NCBI GenBank assembly: GCA_051294375.1
Contig: CM119264.1
Location: 13,350,813-13,414,812, forward strand
Source of the DNA: Paraspadella gotoi
Lineage: Eukaryota > Animalia > Chaetognatha
DNA length: 64,000 nt
Reading direction: 5' to 3'
Positions 1-15,508 of the stretch are shown piece by piece. Numbering within the stretch: the first letter of the stretch is position 1; the number at the start of each line of letters is the position of its first letter. The notes under the pieces are model-generated. The model had not been told where the DNA came from, did not search any database, and worked only from the letters and a program-made list of their open reading frames with translations. The position numbers and the translations under genes are program-made.

Positions 1-555
1 GAAAGCGCAAATAATTATCTCGTGAAGCAATCTTATTACCAAATCTGGCCGATTATTTATCCTATCATTCATCGCATCAATCCGAAACAACAACGACGAC
101 GAAGACGGCGACGATGACGTAAACCGATAATTATAATATACTTCCTCAACAAACATTGAGACAGAGACGAAACGACGACGAAGAAAACGAACAATTTTTT
201 TCACCAAACAAAATCATTCACTTTTCATCCGAGTCTTAATTTTTCCTGTTATTCCCACAAAATCGAAGTTCGTCTCACGAATCTTGTCTGTTTCTTTTAA
301 AACTAACGAACTCATTTAATGTTTTCTTTATTTGAATTCAATTTAAATTTTGACGCGAATTTGTCAGCGTCCCGATGTCCGAAAACGTTGACGTTCGAAC
401 TCATGTCTCCTCTTTTTCAATGAATTTCGTTGGGTGATATTTTTAAAATTTGATTATTTTTCATCACGTTTTCAGAGTCAATTATAATTTACAATTTCAC
501 AAGCTACATCTTAAAATTTTTACATGGTCGATTTTTATGACCATTTCTGTTGTTC

Positions 556-561
556 TCTCTT

Positions 562-606
<45 letters not shown>

Positions 607-1060
607 CTCTCTTTCTCTCTCTCTCTGTTTATCTCTCTCTCCATATTCTTTGCTCTTCAAGGCCAAACTTCCGTCTTCAGCGTTCGGAAACATAGAGGGG
701 TAATAGGCCAATACATATCTTTCGCTGTATATCTGACTCTCTCTTTCTTTTTCTCCCTCTCTCAATATCACTCTCTCTTTCTCCCTAGCCATCACCCTTG
801 CGATAAATTATGAAATTTCCTTGAGAACCTCATCGGAAAATCCAACGATAAAACTGCCATTTGTCATCGCTTAGGACTTTCCTTTCTCTCTCTCTCTCTC
901 TCTCTTCTCCTCTCTCTCTCTCTCTCTCTCCTCTCTCTCTCCTCTCTCCCGTCCCCTCCTCCGCCCTCCTGTCCTCTTCTCTTGTCCTCCCCCTCCCCTC
1001 GTACTCCTCGGCCCCTCCTTTCTCTCTCTCTCCTCTTTGTACCTCTCTTCTCTCTGTTTT
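556..1060. repeat. (CT)n microsatellites / pyrimidine-rich low-complexity tract
   Basis: Runs of ctctct at ~556-640 and ~884-1060; the ORFs here are Ser/Leu or Arg/Glu dipeptide artefacts. Confidence 0.9.
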
Positions 1061-2001
1061 CGCCCGCTTTCCGCGCTCCTCCTTTTCCCTCGCCCTTCGG
1101 TTCCCCTTTTCCTACCCACACTCCCCAAACTCACAAACTCCCATCTGTTTTCCGTCCGCGCTTTTAACTCCTCTTGATCGAACTTTCATGGCAATTTATG
1201 GACTCGTAATAATAATTTTTTTCCCTTGCTTTCACTCTGTCTCAGTCTCTTCGATCTCCATCCCATTTCTTCTTCTCTTTCTCCGGATTTTCTCTCCCTC
1301 ACTTCCTCATCCCCCGTCTTGCCCATGAGCTTATGAATACTCATGAATACTAAATAGTTTTATCTGCGCCCCGAGAGATGGCGCGGCGGCAGCTGCGGAA
1401 ATTCTGCGTAGGAAATTTTTGATCGCGAGGAAATCGGAAAAAAAAGGGAATTCTGGAATTTAAAAAAAAACGATTTACAATCGATGTTCGTACAAGTTGT
1501 GAGTTCGTACTATAATTACTTTTTTTAACGCTGGCGAAGATCTTCGTCCGTTAAGTACTTTTGTTCTATGACTTTTGTTGCTTAATTGAATTGAAAATAA
1601 TATTTCTCTTTTGAAATAACACGTGACCAAAACAAAAAAAAATATTTATTTTTATTTTCAAACAAGTTTCTTGACGACAGATTCTCAAAAAGATAGCAAG
1701 TCAGGAGAAACGATGCAAGATTTTATCATAAATAAACATTAACTGTGATAGCTATTTGAATAAACGAGAGGAAATCAAACATGCGTCACACTTTTACGCG
1801 AAGAACTGATTGAACAAAAATTAAAGCGGAGCCGCCGGATTGGGTGAGTTCGTCCGATGAAGGCGAGGATCTCGATTGAGGCGGAGAGGCGCGACTTCGT
1901 TTCGACATTTTAAAGTCTGCTGCAAATACATAAAGCACATGTAATTATTTTTCATAACAAAGTAGTTCCTTTTTTCGACGATCCCCGTTCAAAATAAACT
2001 T

Positions 2002-2241
2002 TATGGTGGACTAAAATCCTCCTACCGTTCATCTGCCGCCATTGGTGCCGGAGGCAAGTCATTCGCCTCCCAACCCAAAGGTCCGGGGTTCTAGCCCGGT
2101 GGTCGCCTAGCAGTTAAGAGGGACGGGGCGCTTAACCCGCCTGTAACATGGTGTGTTACAGCCTGATCCGAAGCTCAGGGACTGCTTATAAATATTGAAC
2201 GGTTCTGTCACTAACTCATAACAATGATTACTGTCTCTTCA
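2002..2241 (+). mobile_element. Solo LTR with tRNA-like head (Helenus-like TRIM, family 2)
   Basis: 240 bp, TATGG...CTTCA, flanked by 4-bp direct repeat ACTT (1998-2001, 2242-2245); internal A box TGGTGCCGGAGG and B box GGTTCTAGCCC; a second, similar copy lies at 26699-26932 (-). Confidence 0.75.
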
Positions 2242-2602
2242 ACTTTATCAATGAATACCATCGACACAACAAAAACAAGCGACGAAACGACGACGACGAC
2301 GACGAGAAGGTGTTTTCATTTAATCTCCTCACGGATTTTTAAAGGATTTTCTTTGAAAAAAAAAAGGACAAATTCCCCGAGTTAGATTTTTAATAAAAAA
2401 AAATAAAGAAAACAAAGAAAAAGGCATCTCTATAGGGAATGGGACGCGTTTTAGATTTAATCCGCTTCTCGCTCTGGATTTTATCAGTTTTTCTTTTTTC
2501 TTTCTCCTTTCTTTTCGTCACCGAATATTATTTCCATTAATTTACTCCTCTGTTTTGAAGCCTTTTCTGTGGGGACAACCGGAAAAAAGAAAAAAAGTGA
2601 GC

Positions 2603-2605
<3 letters not shown>

Positions 2606-2645
<40 letters not shown>
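2606..2645. repeat. (GA)n microsatellite
   Basis: Perfect gagaga run. Confidence 0.95.
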
Positions 2646-2648
<3 letters not shown>

Positions 2649-3020
2649 TAGACTATTAGTTTGATAAACTTAACAACTAACCTTCACCTAGTATTCGAGG
2701 TTCAAGCATACCGGGAATTTAAAATGATTGTCCACTATCTCCCTTTGTTTTTCTCTTTTGTCCCTTTTTTCCTTGTTTCCTCTTCTCCCGCCGAATTCTC
2801 GTTTCACTCTTTTACCTTCCTAATCCCCTCGACTCCTTTTTCCTTTTCCCTCCGGCCTTTATTACCTTTTCCTTTCATCAACATTCTCCTCTTTTCACTT
2901 TTTATTTCTTTCTCCTCTTTTCCTAATCCCTCTTCCCCTTTTTTCTTACTCTTTTTAAAAATCTTATCTTAGTTCTATCTTCTGCTAAGCTCTCAAGTTG
3001 ACTCCGCCTTTATTTCCATT

Positions 3021-3045
3021 NNNNNNNNNNNNNNNNNNNNNNNNN
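3021..3045. other. Assembly gap (25 N)
   Basis: Run of n characters. Confidence 1.
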
Positions 3046-3479
3046 CCCCCCCCCTCAATCGTTAACTCGTCCAACATTTCCAATTTCCCAACCTCCTTTT
3101 TTCTTTTATTCCCCCACCCAGAGTCTTCTTCCCCTCCTATTTCACCCCCAACTTCCCTGACCCTCTTTCCTTAATTCCCTCTATCCCTCTTTTCCCGTTT
3201 TCCCCTCCTCCTTCCCCCACTCCCCCCTTCTTACAATTCCTCACTCCCAACTTTCCACCCCGATTCCCCATTTCCCCGTCTCATGCACGACGGGGATTGC
3301 GTTGCGAGTCTCTTTGGAATCAGAAAAATTCGTTGTATCTCTCTTACGCTGTCACGTGGGCATTCGCAGGCAAGTTCGAGCGACGTAATTTCCCGTTCAC
3401 GAAGTGGTTTTTAGTTCAAGATAAACATAAGTCAGTGCGGCGCACACACGGAGCACACGTGCGTCATGGAAGCGAGTTT

Positions 3480-6285
3480 TTTCAAATAGGACCTCCATGA
3501 AATGTGTTAACCGACCATATCTGATTACACTAATCTACTCCTTCGCCGTCCACCACCACACCACGCCTTGTTTCCCGTATTTTTCTTTCCTTCATTACCA
3601 CTTGCCTTTGGCCATTTTGTTTCCAAACATACGGATACCTATCTCTATTTCTATCGGAGATTAGATCGTTTAGGCACCCTCCCCCACCCCCCCCCGACGA
3701 CACCCTCCTCCACCGCCCACACCGTCAACCGACCTCTGGGCGGTTTTGAAAACTAAACAATAACATATCTTTTTCTTTCCCCCGGCCATCTCTTGCTCCT
3801 TCCCTCCGTCCGCCGTGTTTTTACTATCTGCACGTATTCACTACCGAGCGGTTCGTGGTATGCAAAAAGAGAGACACTGATATATTTTCAAAAAGCGATC
3901 AACTTCCTCCAGAATTCTACGTTAGTGTGGTATAATTACACGCACACTAGCATCCTTCCATAGCCAGTTACCCGCCTCATCTCCTATCCACACTGCCTGA
4001 TTTTTTCAAAAAGGGGAACCCACGCGTACTTTAACATCGCCACACCCTGCTCCTTCTACGTCCGCCTATATCTACCATCACCACCTATGCGCTAGTATTT
4101 TTCAAAAGGACCTCCACGCGTCTTTAACGCACCCTGCTTACGGACGGCCTTCCTACACGTCAGTCTTCACCTAATCTTATGCTCTTATTCCATCTCCATT
4201 TCTGCTAGCATTCTCAGCCGGCTGATTTTTCAAAAGGCACCTCGAGACAGCAGTTAAACGCCCTTGCCCTTGACTCTCCATTGCAACTTCCCCGTCTCTC
4301 CTGTTAAAAGTCCTATCTTGTTAAAATAAATATAAATATTTTCAAAATTATGTAATTAAGTCAAGTCCCTAAATCACACTGCGCGTGATTTTTTCAAAAT
4401 ATAGGAAAACTCCTCCAGATCATTTTTCGATATAACGCCTTCCGATAGGCTCCTATTAATATCACTATTGGCCGTTATCTTTAAATCAACTGACCGTGTA
4501 ATATCTTATATTCACACTGAGCATTTGATTTTTTTCAAAAAAAGAAACACCAACCTCCCGTAATCGAAAAAAATTTTTTAAACAAAGCCACTGCTCACCA
4601 AGTTATCCTACTTCAGTTCCGTCACTTAATCTTATTCATCAATCACGTGAATCTTGATCCTTAATCTTTGCTTGCGAAATAATCTTTTTCAAAAAAAAAT
4701 ATATATAAAGTATAACCAATCACAGGTTAAACTTGCCACTACTCATGACTTTCACTACCTTTGAAGTCCGACCTAAATCTCCTCAAATCTTCTACACTTT
4801 GAGACGCCAAATATTATCTGACTTATTTACTTTTCAAAGGTGAATACACTCCTATTATAACGCTAAATCGTGCTTACGCCTCACTCCTCCGCGTCCGCCT
4901 ATCTCCTCTCCACTGCCTGATTTTCAAAAGGACCATCCAGGTTTAACGGCCCTTCGCTCCACTTTCCTCCGAGTGTCCGCCGTTAATCATTCCTCATCTG
5001 ACACTGCCTGAATTTTTTCTCAACCAAGGACCTCCAGGACTAATTGTTAAATCGCACATGTAAACAAATATAACATTTGTTCATCCTTTATCCTCCAGGT
5101 TATTTTTAATTGGTTTTTTATTCCGTTCCCATAACTCTCCTCTCACACTGCCTGTATATTTTCAAAAGCACCTCCAGTGTTTAACGCCCTGCTCCTTTCC
5201 TCCGTGGTCGCCTATACTCCTCTCACCACTGCCCTGCATTTTTCAAAAGGACCTTCCAGTTAACCGCCAGCTCTCTCTTCCTCGTCCTCTATCTCTCTCA
5301 CACTGCCCTGATTTTCGTACAAAAAAGGACCTCCTAGTCTGTTATAATGGCACTACTCCACAACTGCTCCTTTCAACTCCGATCCCAGCCTATTCTTCCG
5401 TCTCCACTGACAGCCACACTGCATTGTATTTATTCAAAAAGTTTTTAGGAACCCTCCTTACGTAGGTTAAAAACGCATTTCTGACCCCTATCTCCATCTC
5501 TGTTTCATATCACCTCCGCTATACTTCTCCTCATCAAGCACTGCAAGACTGAGCAGTTTTCAAAAGGAACCTCACCAGGGGTTAAACGCCCCTGACCTCT
5601 TCCTTCCTTGTCGCCTATTTCTCCTATGTCACCACTGCCTGATTTTCAAAAAGCGACCTCCAGGTTAACCCGGGATCTGCTTCCTTCCTCCGTCCGCCTA
5701 TCTCCTATACACTGCCTGATTTTTCAAAAGGACCTCCAGTGTAACGGCCCTGCTCCTTCCTCCGTCCGCCTATCTCCTTATCACACTGCCTGGATTTTTC
5801 AAAATGGACCTCCAGAGTTTAACGCGCCTGCTACCTTACCTCCGTCCGCCTATCTCCTATCACACTGCCTGATTTTTCAAAAGGACCTCCAGCTGTTAAC
5901 GCCGCTGCTTCCTTCCCTCCGTCCGCCCATAATTACTCCTATCACACTGACCCTGATTTTTTCAAAAAGGACCTCCAGGTTAACCCTGCTCCTTCCTCCG
6001 GTCTCGCCTTATCTCCTATCACACGTGCCTGATTTTTCCTAAAAGGACCTCCATGGTTAACGCCCTGCTCCTCTTCCTCGTCGCCTTTATCTCCTATCAC
6101 ACTGGCCTGATTTTTCAAAAAGGCACCTCCAGGTATAACGCCCTGCTCCTTCCTCCGTCCGCCTTTAATCTCCTATCACAACTGCCTGATTTTTTCAAAA
6201 GACCTCAGTGTTAACGCCACCTGCTCCTTCCTCCGTCCGCCGTATCTCCTATACACACTGCCTTGATTTTTCAAAATGACTCCAG
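3480..6285. repeat. Tandem satellite, ~72-bp unit, increasingly corrupted toward the left end
   Basis: Consensus ~CACACTGCCTGATTTTTCAAAAGGACCTCCAGGTTAACGCCCTGCTCCTTCCTCCGTCCGCCTATCTCCTAT, recurring about every 75-80 nt at 5640-6280 and recognisable but insertion-ridden back to ~3480. Confidence 0.9.
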
Positions 6286-6788
6286 CCCCACTTCCCACCC
6301 CGATTCCCCATTTCCCCGTCTCATGCAACGGGATTTGCGTTCGAGTCTCTTGGAATCAAAAATTCTTCTCTTGTCCGACGCAGAGTTTCGAGCGACGCCG
6401 ACGAAGTGGATAACAAGCGGCGCGGGGGGGGGGAGGAAGATGGGGGAAGGAGAGGATGAGTTGGGGGGAGTGGGGGGAAGAGGGGAGAAGGAGGTAAGGG
6501 AGCGACTGAGAGGTGAGGACGAGAGTGAAGGGATAAGAAAAAAAATGAGTTATTATTGTGAAATAAAATTAAAAAAACATATATAATATATGGAGATGAA
6601 AAATATGACAAAAGTAAGATCAAATGATGAAGAAAATTAGTGAGAGGGGGAAAATAGACTGAGATGGTGTGAGAAAAACTAGAAGGATTTTTAAAAAGAG
6701 GATAAGGTAAACATAAATCAAAAAAAGTGTGCGCGCCCTTCCTGTCTCTTTCTCGTTCTTCAGTCTGCCGTCTTTAGTGTCACCTTTT

Positions 6789-7320
<532 letters not shown>

Positions 7321-7521
7321 ATTTATATCTCGTTTTTAATTCCATCTCTTTCCCTTTCTCTCTTCGTTCACCTTTCCTGCATCTCATTTCAAGTCCTCTT
7401 TCTCTTCCTCGACTCTTTCGCCATCCCATCGATACCAAATTGAATTAAGTGGCTTTTAGATCAAATTAGGTCGAAGTGGGAGAAGAGAAAGGTGGGAGGA
7501 AAAAGGGAAAACAGAGAGTAA

Positions 7522-7556
<35 letters not shown>

Positions 7557-7724
7557 TAAAATTACAGAAAGAAAAAACACTTAATTTTAAAAAGTAAGGT
7601 TAGAGACAAGTGTCATTAAACAGTTTTTTTATTCGTTCGAAAGAGGTTATATTTCGGTCCTTGGTCATTGAAAATACTTTTTTATAAGGCTCTTTTATTA
7701 ACAAACGACAACCATGCACTAACG

Positions 7725-7745
7725 TCGACGTCGACGACGATGGCA

Positions 7746-7781
<36 letters not shown>
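7725..7781. repeat. (GAC)n microsatellite
   Basis: gacgacgac run. Confidence 0.9.
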
Positions 7782-7782
<1 letters not shown>

Positions 7783-8435
7783 TATCGGCAACCTCGGCTT
7801 CAGTCTCTAGAAACTTGTGGCTCGGCATTGGGTTGGATAGAAACATCGACTGGAGCGAACAGAAGCGTCACATCCCTGGAGCAAAACGATGAGGAAACGG
7901 AGCGATCAGTGGTCGCGGTTTATACACAATACCGTCAAAAATATGAAACTATGCAACTAAATAAAATATGTCACGATGATTAATCGTTATTATTTAGTAG
8001 TGACAGTGAGAACGCTAATTTATTTTCAAAATTCACTTTAGCAACTAATATTTTTAATATTTTTAATAAATGACACTCAAATGAAAAACAGTTCGACGGA
8101 AAGAAAGCCAGAGTGATTGAAAAACGTATAAGGGGCAAGATAGCTTATTTATTAAATGAATGGATAATTTTTATATTGGTTGTACCAATTTTATAAGACA
8201 AAAAGTGTGTCATCGAGTCGATTCGGCAGCCGTGACTCAAAAAGGTATAATAAGAGCATCTCGAGTTGGAGGCGCCAATCCTCAACTGGAAGTGAAGATC
8301 GACCGTCAGGGAATTGGCGCTCTTTTCCGCGTCGGCGCTCCTGAGTGGCGGTTCCGGCATAGAGGGCGGGAAGTTGGAGATGGGGTGAGATGATGATGAG
8401 AGGAAAGAGAAAGTCGGGAAAAGAGGAATGGAAGG

Positions 8436-8632
8436 TCCGAAGATGAGAAAAAGGCGAATGATGGGGAAGAGAGAAGATGTGGAAAAGAGAATGATGGGGA
8501 AGAGAGATGAGGAAAAGGCGAATGATGGGGAGGAGAGAAGATGAGGAAAAAGCGAATGATGGGGAAGAGAGAAGATGAGGAAAAGGAGAATGATGAGGAA
8601 GAGAGAAGATGGGGAGAACTAGATGACAGGAA
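8436..8632. repeat. Purine-rich minisatellite, ~33-bp unit
   Basis: About 5-6 copies of GAATGATGGGGAAGAGAGAAGATGAGGAAAAGGC. Confidence 0.85.
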
Positions 8633-8980
8633 GAGTGGTAGGATAAGAGAGAATTGAATTGTACTTGAGAAGCGGGCCTTTGGGCGGAATTTCGTCCCTA
8701 TAAGTTATATCAATTTACAGGTTGTAAAAAATTTAAAAGATTTTGTTAATAAATAAAAACATAAGAGCAAAATGAAATAAGTTTTTAGAGAGAGAGAGAG
8801 AGACAGAGAGACAGAGAGAGGGGGAGGGGGAAGTAATAAAAAGCATTATAGATGGGGTGAGGCCTTATACCGGATAGGTTGACGATGTGGGGCAAGTGTC
8901 TCTAGAGCGAAAGTGTCAGTTTGGCTGAAAAGAAGCCAAAAACATCTTCAAGGCATAAACAGGAAAGCGAACGAGTTAGG

Positions 8981-9505
<525 letters not shown>

Positions 9506-12500
9506 GGAGGGAGTAAGAAAGTGGCAGTCTTGCTCCTTTGTGACAGTAATTCCACGACAAAGAGTTTCAACTATGATAGAAAAAGTAAAAAAGATTCCCA
9601 TTACTTCCATTTCGTTGAAATCCTCGATCAGAACCAATCGTCTTTTCGATAATCTGAAAAATCTAAAAGGGTAACTTTGAAAACAAAACTTTCCGAATTG
9701 TACGGTTAGCCAATTTGTATTGTTTTTTATTTTATTATAATTTATAATATTGCATTGGCTATCAACTGGGGAGGTTTTTAAGTTTTAATATTTCTTTACG
9801 AATTAAAGTGAACGACTAACACATGCCGACTATTACGATTAAACCTCAAGTGTATTATGTATTTGCTAAGGGAAGCAAATTCCACTATTTTTCTATTACA
9901 ATCCGCTAGTGGTTCCCGCGGGAAGGGAAACTATTCTGCGATACGATTTGTTTTTTGTTTGCGTTTTTTTTTTCAAGGAAAAGAAAAAAAAACTCGTTTT
10001 AACCAAAGATAAGAATTTTTATCGTCGCCGCCGAGTTTTTCCCCGGGGCGTCCTCCCTTTCCGTTTGCCGAAGAACCATAAATAAATACGGAACGTAACG
10101 TCTTCTTTCTTGGATGTCATAAAAATGCCATCTTCGCCTTGCCATCAAGATTCTGATACCGTAACGGTATTCCGGCTTTTCCTAGTTGCCAGTTGGACGA
10201 CGATGCCAGATAGAAGTGCCATCAAGCCTAAGAGACGTTGCATCGCAATCCATTCGAGATTCTTTTTTTTTTTTTTCAATACCTCGTGTTACTCTAAATA
10301 ATAACAACATAATAATGTTACTTAAAAAAGAAAATAAAAAATAGTGAAACAAGTAATTTTACAAATTTTCATTAATATGCTAACTTATAAATAGCAATAT
10401 TTTTATTAGTTTTAGAAAATTCAGGGAAAAACTTTTTTTTTTGCACATAATTAAATTCAAATCCAAAAGTCCTCTGTACAATTTTGCCAAAATTGTCCAC
10501 CGATCTTCGCTGACAACCGAAAATCCTCGCGCCCCAGTTTTTCTCTAGAAGTCGATTTCGAGATACAGAGAGAAGAAGCTCATCTTAGGTTCGGAAAGAA
10601 CATTTTGGTTGAAACCTATAACCGTCTTACCATTTCTGTTCGGGTTTTTCGAAACTGGCGACTCAAATTTGAACCTAATAACTTGGAAATAATGGATGGT
10701 GGCTGATGGCGACGGTAGGTGGGGACTGAGGACTGAGGACTGAGGAGGGTTTAATGGGGAATTTTCGAAATCGGGATTCTGCGAGGATTCCCTTAGAACA
10801 TATCCCCGACAACGATTAGCGAAGCCGCGAGCGTTCTAATCCCGCCCTGGCCCAGACCACGCGTCGCCTTAGACATCATCTGATATCTGACTCCTTCCTC
10901 CCTTCGCTCTCGTCGATTTCCAATCCCCCCCGCCCCTTTCCGCTCCGCCTGACCCGAACGCTTTCCCGTTCTCTCTTTCCACACACCACCTCCCCTCGTA
11001 TATTCTAAGCGAAATAATGAGAAAAGATTCCCCGCACTCCTCCCCTTATCGAGCGGAGAAAGAATGAATGGTGAGGGGCGGGGGGTGAGAGAATAGAGAG
11101 GGGAGTCACTTAGTAAGATCACTGGATAAAGGGTAGTAGAAGTAAGGAGTGAGAGCGTCAATCGTGAGTAAGGGGCCGAAGGGTCTGCAAAATAGTCCCT
11201 GCCCCCCCATCTACCCGACGGCTTTGAATCATAATGTTACAAACTGAGTCTGCCTCATGAATAAACCATTTTTCCCCGAGACGTCGGCGCGCCTCCCTGG
11301 GCGAGTCTGCGCGTGTCTGCGAGCTCGACGTCCATGGACGAGATAAGAGACTCCCATTCTACCAGGCATTTTTTGTATTTAATGTAGAGACGTAGCATTA
11401 AAATTACTTTCATGGTATATTTTTCTATAGTACGAACTGTACTTTTATTCGAATCGGGTTTAAGAGGTGGTAACAAACAAAACATCAATCCATAAAAACA
11501 AAATTTTTTTAAGCCTATGTCTTAAATATTAAGCTTGTATTAATTTTTTTACGACATAATTATTTCTTCTAATCATTCTAGTAGACGTATACAGACCAAA
11601 AATGTTTACAAAGAAATCGCGGCTAAAAAAATGGTGATCAACCCCTAACAATATGTAATATTAAACAGCGACATCATTTCAAATTGGTAAAGGTCCCCCT
11701 TTAACGATCGGCATGGTCATCAACGACCCAAACTTAATACGTTTGAATCAGGCCTCCATTTCTTGATTCTCTCAAGTCAAATCAATTTTCCCAAGAAGCC
11801 TTCATTCAGACCGGAACTCTACTACTGGCACCCGCCCTCCCCTAAATAACAGCACCGTCTCTAAATTCAAATGTTTTTGTCTTTGCTGTGCCAAATCTCA
11901 TTTCGCGAGATTTGCATCAAAAACGCATCAGCGAGAGAAAAGAAAACCAGTGTTTGCGCCAATACTTGTGAATAGGATTAAATGAGGGAGAAATGAATGA
12001 AAGTAAATCATATAGTAATTTTATTCCACGATTTTATACACTTTTATAATTCTTAAATTAAATTTAAAGTAAATAAAAACACTTAACAATCAAATAAAAA
12101 TGCAAGCTTAAATACCGTTTTTATCCAAAATAAATTTTGAATCATATATTTTTATATATATATATTATATTATATACATTATATACAAAAAAGTTATTAT
12201 CTAATAGCTATGCACATCAAAAAAAGGAAAAAAGCAGATCAAGAAAGCTCCACAAAAGAAAAAAGGAAGAATGAAGAATGAGAAAGAGAGAGACAAAAAG
12301 ACAGAAAAATCGGTAGAGAAAGTTAAAACTGGGACAAATGTCGTGGGGTGAGTATTTTTAGAGATCGAAAGTCGAATAAAAGAAAGAAGACTGAAACGGA
12401 AAAAGGAAAAAAGAAAAGGAAATTCGGTTGGGAAAAAAATTCGAACGTGGAGGGATTGCTGATCGCCTCTGCTTCCACCGGATCGCAGGTCGATAATCAT

Positions 12501-12532
12501 TACATTTTCGAAAGTTGAGCACGGCTTCTCAA

Positions 12533-12585
<53 letters not shown>

Positions 12586-12671
12586 GGCATGTCACGATGT
12601 TTATTGAGTTCATTTTGCACATTTGTTTTTTCTTTCTATCCTCATTTTTATGTTTGTTATTTTTTTTCCAG

Positions 12672-13149
12672 CACAATTCGATCAAACGGTGGACGATCTA
12701 CCTTTTGGATCATGATTCGACTTCGCGTGAAAACAGCGTGAAAAAGAATAAAAGGCTTCCGGCTATTAATCCCCTCATCGCTGGACAAGGTGAACCTCAA
12801 TCAATCCTTCTTTTTAAAAGTTGAATTAAAAAATATTTGGTTTTTAGCAATTTTCATTGTTTTTGTGGTGAGTGTTTTCTTTGTATTGATTTAAAAAGAG
12901 GTGATAAAAATCTACGAAAACCGTTTCGAGACAAATCGAACCTCGAACTTTCTTTTCTGTTGTTCCAATGCGTCTCCAGGCGTGGGCGACCGTTTGGCGA
13001 CCATCTCCGGCATCATCGGCGAGGATCGGCGCCGAAAGGCTTCCACGCTGCCTGTCACTTTCAAAGAATCGAGGGGTGAGGACGACGACCCGACATTCAA
13101 GTCGCCGTATTCAACAAGAAGGCGTGACACTCTCACCACTTTTGTGTGA
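12672..13149 (+). other. Possible terminal exon(s) of an unidentified upstream gene
   Basis: Acceptor-like ttttttccag before 12672 and donor-like aag|gtgaac near 12790; a GC-richer ORF (12901-13149) is followed by AT-rich UTR-like sequence with AATAAA near 13515. No recognisable domain, and the frames do not join cleanly. Confidence 0.25.
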
Positions 13150-14738
13150 AGATTGAAGAAGCTTTCTGTTATTAATATTCCCCTGGTTCTGTCATCGAGA
13201 TTCTCATGTTTTATCTTCTCCTCTTATCTCCTCCCATATCTTCATATTCTCGTAGTGTAAATGTTCTTTGTTATTTTCTCTTTTATTATAAATTATAATG
13301 GTAATTCTAAGGCATTAGTTCATGATAGTTTAATTTATGTATATTATTACGATTCATATTATTAATTATTGTTAATATTATATTATTAATAATAATGCTT
13401 TTTTTTTCTTTTTTTTTATATTTATGCTCGTCTTGATTTACAAATGTTTGCATTTACCTTCTATGCATATAATTTAGCTCAAATTTTGTAATATTAATGA
13501 GATAGTGCTTTAAAATAAAGTGTTACTGACAAACAAATGCTTTTTTGTTCCAGCAAACAGATTTAACGAGAGCTTACGTTTTAACTAGGAAAAAATAACG
13601 CGATACCTGTTTAAAAACATAGAGCATAATTATAAAAAATATATAAATATCTTAAGATAGACAATGTTATCAAAACTAAGTAAAAGTATAAAGACCAATT
13701 GACCAAAATGTTTTAATGAGTCGATATTGTTTACAAATGCAAGTCAACAAATTTAATTAAGCACCAATCATATCGACTATTCAGCCTTTTGTCTTTTTTT
13801 AAGTAACGTGTAATTTAGCAAGGCTATAGATGTCGGAGGGATTCACTAATAAAATTATTTTGTTTTCGTTAGTTAACACTCTTTAAACTTTTAATTTGAG
13901 AGAACTTGAATTCAATTAAGCTATAAAGCAATTAAGCATCCTTGTTCATTGTCACTTGTCACTATAAAAATTGTTGACAGAAAAACGAAAATTTGTAATT
14001 TTTCATTTCTTATCAATATAAAAACATTTCATTGATATTGTTATCAATTAGCCTTTTGAACATATATAACCTAGCCAGGATTCGAACAAAATTTTTATAA
14101 TCGAACCTCCTATAAATCAATATTGGGAATTTAATATATTAGCTAACCGACTCAATATCGAATACAACATCGATTAGCTCAGAAAACGCCCTTTGTAGGG
14201 ATTGTGCTAGTCATCAATTAAAAAGTGGTCCGAATGGAGGAAGTCTCGCCTTTAGGTCGGTCAATACGAAGTTCAAAACATGTCTACAGTATCGATGAAT
14301 TATTTTAAAAAATAATTTTAATCGAAGTCGCTGGTGTGATGAAACTACAAGCGCAAAGATTAGTACGGTGGGTATTCAACGACCTCCCCACGAATAAAAC
14401 TTTTAATCACGGGTATTTTGGATCTACCCTCTTTTATATGAATTAAAAATTTGTTTGTTCAATCCTTAAAAAACATATTAAGTCGATAATTAGATTTTGA
14501 AACATGTCAAAGGTTGTGTATTTGCCGATATCCTGACATCAAGAAACACATCTCGGTCTTTTGCTTTTGAGAGATTCGAAAATCTAAGGAGGCGCTCTCG
14601 ATCAGGTCCGATCCGTTCCATACAAAAACCAACAGAAAAAAAGTGGTGTCCTGTTCCAAGTCTGAACACGTTCAATCCTGCTTCTCGCTCTTCCTCATTC
14701 CTCTTTTGAACAAACTTTACGAACTTTAAAAAGGAAAA

Positions 14739-15508
14739 ATGACTAAATCTAAGAAGCCATCAACACATCCGAAATTTAACGTTATGATTGCGGCAGCGAT
14801 CACAAGTAATTACTTGGTTTGTTAATCGATAATTCAGTAACACGTATGAAACTTTAAATTGATTGAAAACTGCACTGGTTTTTAGAAAACAAATAACTTC
14901 TGGCTGAACTGATATATAAATTATATTTTAAAGTAAAAATTCATCACATGTTTATTGTCTTTTTTTCTACAGTAAGTAAGATCTTTAAGCCTTCTCAATA
15001 TTATATTTCTTTGTCATTAATAAAGGCATGAAGGAGCACAACGGGTCATCCCGTCAAGCCATCTGCAAATACATCTTGGCCAACTACAAGTTTACGGAGC
15101 CACAACAGATTCCGCGCGTCCTTAACCAACAACTCCGTCGTCTCGTGGAGATCGGAGAGTTAAAGCAGACGAAAGGCGTCGGCGCCAGCGGGCGATTCCG
15201 GCTCCCGGCGAAGAAGACGAAGGTTCAGAGGCGGAGTTTGTAAGTGTGGCTTTCTTCTTACCCTTTATATATATTTTTTCTTCCAGGCGCCAGCCAAAAA
15301 AACTTCCCCTTCTAAGCCCAAGAAGACTGCTTCGGTTAAGAAAGCGACGCCCAAGAAAAAAGCCTCCGCCAAAAAGGTCACTCCCAAGAAAAAAACCCCA
15401 GCCAAAAAAGCGGCGCCTAAGAAAAAGGCGACGCCAAAAAAAGCCAAGTCTCCCGTAAAGAAAAGAGCGCCAGCCAAGAAGGCGTCGCCGAAAAAATCAA
15501 GGAAGTGA
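14739..15508 (+). CDS. Histone H1 (linker histone), 3 exons: 14739-14805, 15026-15222, 15287-15508
   Basis: Spliced product has the globular domain STHPKFNVMIAAAITSMKEHNGSSRQAICKYI...LKQTKGVGASGRFRL and a Lys/Pro/Ala tail with repeated TPKK/SPKK motifs; intron phases are consistent; AATAAA near 15774. Confidence 0.93.

Noticed and set aside
2035-2106. Functional tRNA genes here and at ~17350, ~24830 and ~60825
   Set aside because: A/B boxes are present, but acceptor and anticodon stems are poor and each lies inside a mobile element.
3480-6285. Array as CRISPR-like repeat-spacer locus or as coding (ORF 5608-6042)
   Set aside because: The whole unit repeats with no unique spacers, the context is eukaryotic, and the variation looks like indel noise.
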